Assembly: GCA_032718475.1 (NCBI GenBank)
Contig: JAUCBJ010005355.1
Location: forward strand, 8,333-72,332
DNA: 64,000 nt
Direction of reading: 5' to 3'
Origin: Nemertoderma westbladi
Taxonomy: Eukaryota > Animalia > Xenacoelomorpha
The notes beneath the pieces are model-generated. The model ran no database searches. It had not been told where the DNA came from and saw only the letters and a program-made list of their open reading frames with translations. Below are positions 58,975 to 64,000 of the stretch, one piece after another. Position numbers and translations under genes: made by a program. Positions within the stretch are counted from its first letter, which is position 1; each line of letters begins with the position of its first letter.

Positions 58975-61760
58975 TCAGTTTAAGTTTTGGAGATAATAGG
59001 CATGGGCAATTGTCGAGTTGAAGTCAGGGAGCAATTCGCAGCCTAAAGCGTGGGCTATGTCGGTTGCTGAGGAGTTCCATAGGCGACACCAACATTCTTT
59101 TGTTGGCCTCCAGCATTTGGCGGTGGCGCAAAGGCAGTGGTGGTAGCCGTTCGTTAGAGACAAACTGGGCAGCCACCCTGCGTCATTGGCCCGATAAACG
59201 GTGGAGGTCGATTACAGAGCCAGATGGGTTATCGACGGCGTTGAGTATTTGTGTCATCGAGGTGAACTTACTGAGGCCGCACCACATTTTAAAGAAGAAG
59301 CCGCGGTCTTTACGAGATGGGGTAACCCGTTAAACTCGGCCTCGGTAATATTAAATATTTTGCAACCATATGTTGATGTCGGAAATATAATCAGCCGCCA
59401 TAGTTTAGCGGCTGTTTCCAGTGACACTGCCCTCCTCAAGTCGACAGTTGAAGATAATCGGATACAAGAGGTAATCCCACGGTTGTATAGGTGATCGCAG
59501 TGCCCTGAGATACCGTTTTTAGAGGATAGAACCACACCAAGGTAATTAAAATGATTTACAAAAGGAATTTCGGAACCGTTAAAAAATAATTTGTCATTAA
59601 TGGCTAGTCTGCCTCCCCTACGGAATTTAATAACTTTCGTTTTGTTGAGGTTAAAAGTTAAATCGTTGTCTCTGCAATAAGCGGCCAACCTAACCAGAGC
59701 ACATTGTACAGACTCGATTGAATTGCCATAAATAGCTAGGTCGTCAGCATAGAGCAAAACCAGTACTGATAGACCAGCTAAGGCAGCTGGGAGGTCGGCT
59801 ATAAATAAGCTGAATAAGAGTGGGGACAGTTTATCACCCTGTATGTATAACCCCAACCATTTGTAACATAGGTTCTGTAATGTAATCTCCAATACATATC
59901 CTGATATAATTTATAGCAATTAATACCCATATAACTGAAATGAACGATCGGCTGATTCCCAACCAAGACAACTTGTAGCACAGCCGTGACCTGTTTACGG
60001 TGTCAAAGGCTTTCGTGAAGTCGACAAAAACGCAGTGGAAGTGACCTCCAGGGGATTCAAGCGCTGCAGATATACAATCGTAAAGTAGCTTCACCACCAT
60101 TAAGGTAGATCTTCCTTTGCGGAATCCGAATTGGTTGTCCAGAAGTTTATTATACAGCTCAGCCTAGGTATAAAGTCGATTAAATATAATGGTAGTGTAA
60201 GTTTTCAGCCTGCAAGATAATAGAGCTATACCTCTGTAAGAGTTAGGAGAATACTTAGACCCATTACCCTTGAAAATAGGTATTATAAATGATGTTAGCC
60301 AAGCTACAGGGCAGCATGCTTTGCTAAAATAGACTCCAAACAGCATCCATAAGAATATGAACAGATGACCGAATCCGGATTTTAATGACTCATTAGTAAC
60401 TCCATCCGGCCCAGCTGCCTTTCCGGATTTCTGTGATGAGACCACTTCAGTAATTTCCAGTGATTGGTTTCGGTGATTGGTGAGTTTAGTTAGTGCTCGT
60501 CAGAGTCTGGCAGAACTGTTGGGAATGTTTGCGGCTGGTGTTTCGTGAACAGTTTGCTGAAGTGAACCTTCCAGGCCTCCTCAGGGACTTTCTGGGAGAT
60601 TGCTGGCATACGTTTTGCTTTTAGGATTTTCCAAAATTCCTTTCGGTCTTCTTTACATTTCTTAATTAGATTTAGCTCACTTAGGGCGGCATACCATTTC
60701 TTCTTGGATTTTAGGAGGAGTTTATATTCCCTTTGCAACCTGACGTTCTCACCGTAGTCATATCTATTATGGCTAATCTTTTGCTGTAGATCTTTTCAAA
60801 AAACCTTCAGTTGGTGTTGAGCGGAATAGCACTTTTTATCGAACCAAGGTTTAGATTTCAGGGCGGGTTAGTTTTAGATGAGTTAATTATTCATCTGTGA
60901 TATGTCTGCAGGCGGCGTCAAGATTGTCAGATAAAGCATGTGAGAATATTGTAATGTTTAGATTGTTTGATAACTTTTCAGTTGGCGCACCGCTGGGGGG
61001 CTTGAGTTCATTGACCCCTTCAAGATGACAGACACGCATTGATGTTTTGTATTTAGAGTTGGCAGAACTGTCGTTGAACTAAGCCCACATAGGGAGGTGC
61101 TTACAAAAACCAAATCAATGGAACTGTTTCCATTCCAACAAATGTATTTAGGGTGATTAGGATTGGACAAGCAATCAAACTAGAACCCACAAGGCAGTCA
61201 CAGAGCATGTCCCCCCTACAGCTGTTGCCATCAATTCTACAATTGAAGTCTACCACTAGCAGAATATGTTTGCTTTCCTTCGCGATTAGATTACAAATAA
61301 CAGAGTTCAATTCGAGTAGTATTTCGGATATATTGGTACCTGGTATGAAATACCCAAGTATTAAATAGAACTTTGGCAGGCTGACTGCAATCATTGATGG
61401 GCTTTTATACATAACTTTGTGTGATGTAGCCAAATGAGTACTAATAGTGATAGTTAGACCACCCATTGGACGACCATGTCCACCTTGATCGCAGTCAACG
61501 GAGTGACATGAGTATCCTGGGATCTCTACATCGGAAGTTAGCTTCTCTGAAAGCAGTAGAATATCTGTAGTTACAAATGTATCATCGAATGTTGTGTCTA
61601 TGGTAGAGTTAATCCCTTCTACATTCCATGCTATAATAGTGGATAACAAGTTCTCACTGAAACCAGTTGGGTCTAGGGTAGGTGAGCAGAAAGGAAGCTC
61701 GGTTAGCAAATGCAATGTCTCCAAAGAATTATAGCAGGTATAGTTGTTTAAGTGTTTCAA
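58975..61760 (-). pseudogene. Degraded LINE ORF2 (AP endonuclease plus RT); clade uncertain (RTE-X or L2-like)
   Basis: IIAWNVEG, VDFN, SSIDLVF; KAAGPDG, YRGIALLS, FVDFTKAFD, QGDKLSPLLF, YADDL, NYLGV; many frameshifts. Confidence 0.9.
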
Positions 61761-61839
61761 TAAACTTCATTTGTAGCGATAGCTTTGGCGCAGCCAGCAC
61801 AAACTAGATGATTGACATATGTAGTTGAGGCAGAGTCTG

Positions 61840-62205
61840 TGGAGGTCGGCGGACCCGAGGGGGTCGGTGGACCTGGGGAGGTCGGTGGACCAAGGGAGGT
61901 CGGTGGACCCAGGAAGGTCGGCGGACCTGGGAGGATTGGTGGACCCAGGGGGGTTGGTAGACCCAGGAAGGTCGGCGGACTTGGGGGGGGGTCGGTGGAC
62001 CCAGGGAGGTCGGTGGATCTGGGCGGGTTGGCGGACCCAGGGAGGTCTGTGGACCTGGGGGGTCGGTGGACCTGGGGGGGGGGGGGGGGGGGGGTCAGTG
62101 GACCCAGGGAGGTTGGTGGACCTGGGGGGGGGGGGGGGGGGGGAGGGTCAGTGGACCCAGGGAGGTCGGAGGACCCAGGAAGGTCGGTGGACCCAGGGAG
62201 GTCGA
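61840..62205. repeat. G-rich 18-bp minisatellite upstream of the LINE ORF2
   Basis: Unit ggacccagggaggtcggt with polyG expansions. Confidence 0.9.
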
Positions 62206-64000
62206 TATTTCAGTAATGGGTTGGAGGGTGGGTCATTGTCAGTTAGGACACTTACTACCCATAATATTCATTGGAATTCCTATATAGCCCATTGTAAAAC
62301 TTTCAGCCTACGCTAATTTTGCCTAAATCTCAGCTGCATGGCCTGTATTAGGACGCCTTGCCTCTGGGTGTGATTGGGATCGGGTTGCTGGGGGAGGGCA
62401 ATGGGGGGCGCATTTGTCCGGCACCATTGGCGGGGTTGGGGCGCATGACGTCGGCATAGCGAGGGGTTGCCTGGGCGGCCTTGGTTTTATATTCAATGAT
62501 TTCTTTGAGGGATTTCTTCGCGTTCTTTGAGGTTATGGATTCCGCGCGGGCATCTGCAAGTTTACCGAGGGAAACGGAATATATATTGATGTCATCGTAG
62601 TTAGTCCATCCAATAGCTGATGTTCCACCACGTTATTTACATCTTTCTTTTCTTGAATAGTTCTTATAAGATAGATAACCTATGTCTGAATTTTTATAAA
62701 TTCCTCTGCACCAGCCATGCTACCATCCACAATAGGGGGTTAATAATAAAATATTACAATTACAAATTATCAGAATATCAGATTATAGGAGTAGGCAGAT
62801 ATTTGCAGTATACCGGTCATCCGGTAGATAGAGATAGGCCTACCAGATCAGTCCAACAGTCACCAAAAATTATAATATATTAAAATAAAGTATGTTTAAT
62901 TATTTATGTAAAATTATAAATTTTGCTACACACATTGGAATAATAACACCTACTGTATAAACTTTAACGTTAGCCATATTTAATTTTTGTTTGTTTCATT
63001 CACCAAAATAGAATCTTTAAATCTGATCCTGGAATAACTATAGATTTAAATCTATATTTAGTATTACTGTAGTAGTAGATCTGATCCAAATCCATCACCT
63101 TCATTTGTACCAACTTCTATAATATGAAATACACAATTCGTGGTATCAGAATTGTTTCTAAGTAGACTGACATAGACTGCGTTATAGTCTGACAGTCTAA
63201 GAGTGTTTCACTGATCAGAGTTTACTCTTATGGAGGAAAAAACTGACAATGCATATTGCATAGAACATTAAAGAATGACTGCAAGAAAAGCGAATGGTTT
63301 TTAGAATTTTAGAATATTATTCTTTATAGTACAGTACGAATTAGCTTCATTAAGGTAAAACACTTAATAATAAAATTTACAAAAATAAAAAATCTTCATA
63401 TATAAAATTCCAATAAAAAGTCGACCGAAAAGTGAAATCCTGGTATTCTTCACATGGGCGGAGGGGGATGGGGGGGCTGTGGGTGGCAATGGTTCGAATT
63501 TAAGCATTTTTGTAATGCTTACTGCCTCAAAATCCAAATAAGTAGAATTATCAAAGTGTAACATTCATTGTGGATTATATTGAAATTAAATTATTAAAAA
63601 ATTATTGTTGATTTAGCTATTTCTTCACTATCAGAATGTCGGATTACATGAAAAAAAAATTCGAATAGTATCTCTTTCGCACTTTTCAAGGAAAATAATG
63701 GCCGGTGTTGATTAGGTATAGTTGCTATAGTTACCAGTCAGTCATAGTAGAAGCAAAAGGGGACGAAGTTCGACCGGGTGGTTATCCTACCCGGGAACCC
63801 ATTCAACGCGACCTGGGTAAATGAAAACAGCTAGCTAATAAGTTAATAAAAATTGAAATTGCATGCGCGTAAATAATGAAGGGGGTGTTTTTTTTATTTA
63901 GAAAGCGTTTAAGTTCTTTGTTTAAGCCTTTCGAAGAGTCTGTTATTGGTTAATAATTATGATGATAAAATAATATTAATAATTTTCCTGCCAACAGATT

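Noticed and set aside
61812-62316. Gly/Pro-rich collagen-like ORFs
   Set aside because: Translation of an 18-bp G-rich minisatellite with frame-shifting polyG runs.
62640-63290. Candidate small 5' exons (e.g. EVGTNEGDGFGSDLLL near 63070-63116; MFYAICIVSFFLHK near 63226-63268)
   Set aside because: AG/GT pairs exist, but segments are short and the evidence is too weak to call.

Overview
Repeat-rich eukaryotic (probably invertebrate animal) genomic DNA. Main contents: (1) A minus-strand, multi-exon host gene that the ORF track mostly misses. Six phase-compatible GT-AG exons (58324 to 36375) encode a LamG/pentraxin-like domain, two EGF-like modules and three ShK-toxin-like (ShKT) domains; the 5' exons were not resolved. 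(2) Satellite arrays in its introns. Two of them (48-bp and 41-bp units) are tandem amplifications of the gene's own 3' splice site plus exon start, and a third (31/35-bp units) repeats a branch-point-like CACTAAC just upstream of an acceptor. (3) A 12.5-kb non-autonomous BEL/Pao LTR element (16695-29217). Its 1562-aa Gag-protease ORF is open, with RT and the integrase core deleted in frame. It also carries a second zinc-knuckle ORF that extends to 482 codons through three in-frame TGA codons. (4) A head-to-tail Helitron dimer with ~147-bp repeats, each carrying a CTCF-like motif. (5) A tRNA-derived SINE family seen as a monomer and as two inverted 63-bp satellite arrays. (6) RTE and other LINE copies, MITEs and further minisatellites. 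The very long ORFs over the satellites are artefacts of repeat units that are multiples of 3. All calls were made by eye, without database searches.
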